This document shows positions 62,575-64,000 of a stretch of DNA of 64,000 nt, in pieces (positions within the stretch are counted from its first letter, which is position 1; every line of letters starts with the position of its first letter). The translations under genes and the position numbers were made by a program. The DNA is taken from positions 45,772,490 to 45,836,489 of the forward strand of contig JASCQW010000032.1 in assembly GCA_030264375.1 (NCBI GenBank), written 5' to 3'. The notes under the pieces were generated by a model, which was not told the origin of the DNA, searched no databases, and saw only the letters and a list, made by a program, of their open reading frames with translations. Source of the stretch: Carcharhinus longimanus (Eukaryota).

Positions 62575-63519
62575 GATATTTAGTGAGGGGAGAAAAAGGT
62601 GAGGAAGATGAAATACAACCATTGGTCATGAATCTGACCAGTCTCTTTCTCAAGCACTCTATTTAGCCTGCCTTCACAGAATTTTGAGGGGTTTTTCCTG
62701 GTACCAAGTTAGTGGTCTGAAATTAGGAAAATTGCTATTGGGTTGTCTTCTCCTGCAATTAAAGAAAAATAAGTGAAAAATTCTAAATGTTGAGAATGAA
62801 ATAGCAAAGTGGCAGTATGAAACCCATAGTGAGTTAGACGACATGCATATGGCTTAGGGTCAGAGCAGAAGTAGCTGACAGCTTACAGGGCATTCATGCA
62901 GAGGTTTGAAATATTTTTAAGACAGTGTGAGGAGGGCTAATTTGCCATATTGGTTAATTACATGGCAAAAGACGAAGATCATGCTTTAATTTCTTGGTGG
63001 AACTGATAAGGTCTTTGAACTTTTTCTTGCACTTGTTCCAGGTTCACAGTATTGTCAAGGAGCCAATAGTACTTGCCTGAAACTTGTCCACAATATTAGA
63101 GTTAGCTTGACCAGTTTAGACTCATGCAATTCAGCTCTGCCCCTCTTCTAACTAGAATTATCCAAAATGGCGCTGGGGACCAGAACCCGGAAGTCCCACA
63201 CCCAGAACATGAGAACATAGGCAAGATGTGATTCACACACATGGAGGAAACCCAAACTCGGCAGAGCCATTTGAACTTGTTGTTGAGTTCAAATAGACTC
63301 CTATTTTTGCTAGAGCAAGGGCCATATTCTGCAGTGTGTGAGCTGCGAATTTTTGGTGCAAATGTGGATGCTCATAAAGGGCAGAATAACTTGGTATCAG
63401 GAAAATACCCTCAAAATTCTGGGAAGGTAGGCTAAATCGAGTGCTTGAGAAAGAGACTGGTGAGATTCATGACCAATGTATTTCATCTTCCTCATCTTTT
63501 TCTCCCCTCACTAAATATC
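62575..63519. repeat. ~135-bp imperfect inverted repeats enclosing ~675 bp
   Basis: 62575-62711 (GATATTTAGTGAGGGGAGAAAAAG..GTACCAAGTTA) pairs with 63387-63519 (TAACTTGGTATCAGG..CTCACTAAATATC). Confidence 0.9.
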
Positions 63520-63794
63520 AAATATGGCACTGTCAAGCTGTCCAATTATTTAAATTGTCTGCCCTTTAAGATCCTGAAAGTGGGATGGGCTGGAAAATAC
63601 TCCTGAGAACATTTTCTTTTCATTTAATCTCAGCGTGGTGTCTGAGGTGTACCCATGGTGGATACTGGATAAATTGACATGGAGGGTGTAAGGTAAGAGG
63701 GTGGTTGGTGGGGTGGGATAGATTGGCATGACTTAGCTCCTGAGTATGTGATCAGTGTGAGGATCATGGGTTGGCATTAAGTTGGAATAGGAGC

Positions 63795-64000
63795 TATAAC
63801 ATTCATTTCCTGCGCCACTGAGCACAGTGGTAGCAGTGTATATTACCTACAAGATGCACAGCAGCAAGTCACCAAAACTCTTTCAATGGCACCTTCCAAA
63901 CCCCTGACCTCTGCCACTTAAAAGGACAAGGACAGTAGGTGCATGGGAACACCCCATCTGCAAGTTCACCTCAAAGTCTCGCGTCCTCCAGACTTCGAAC
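63795..64000 (+). mobile_element. CR1-like LINE (second family) 3' region, runs off the window
   Basis: Homologous to 44430-44540/44641-44800 (CTACAAGATGCAC.GCAGCAA.TCACCAAA..CACCTTCCAAACCC). Confidence 0.85.

Noticed and set aside
158-63435. The many 60-140-aa ORFs in the track as stand-alone genes
   Set aside because: This is eukaryotic intron DNA. The ORFs are TE fragments, run through N gaps or are chance frames, and the real coding signal is in short spliced exons.
41743-64000. Next ERICH2 exon (expected ILIYEPEN..-like)
   Set aside because: No matching phase-1 exon was found by eye. It probably lies beyond the window or in a gap.

Overview
This is eukaryotic, repeat-rich vertebrate DNA, not prokaryotic. 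The repeat families (HE1-like tRNA-SINEs, many CR1 LINEs, Penelope-like elements, a 69-bp tandem repeat) point to a cartilaginous fish (shark). The draft assembly has many N gaps. The + strand carries internal exons of an ERICH2 (glutamate-rich protein 2)-like gene: three tandemly duplicated, frame-symmetric Lys-rich exons (8307-8411, 12288-12407, 16767-16886), an acidic exon ending APIELMGE (22244-22470) and a conserved exon FLKAIMDRDYKLSSKLCEM (41685-41742). The first and last exons were not found. A ~3.8-kb block inside the following intron carries two intact minus-strand TSC1 (hamartin)-like exons. It is bracketed by two Rex1-like LINE tails and an N gap and splits one CR1 endonuclease fragment, so it is most likely a chimeric mis-join, although real capture is not excluded. 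The rest is decayed TEs: two Gypsy LTR elements, CR1/L2/L1/Rex LINEs, Penelope elements with hammerhead-ribozyme remnants, a Harbinger transposase relic and SINEs, plus several local direct and inverted duplications. Almost all entries in the ORF track are TE debris or chance ORFs. Gene calls rest on protein sequences recalled from memory, not on a database search, and identities were judged by eye.
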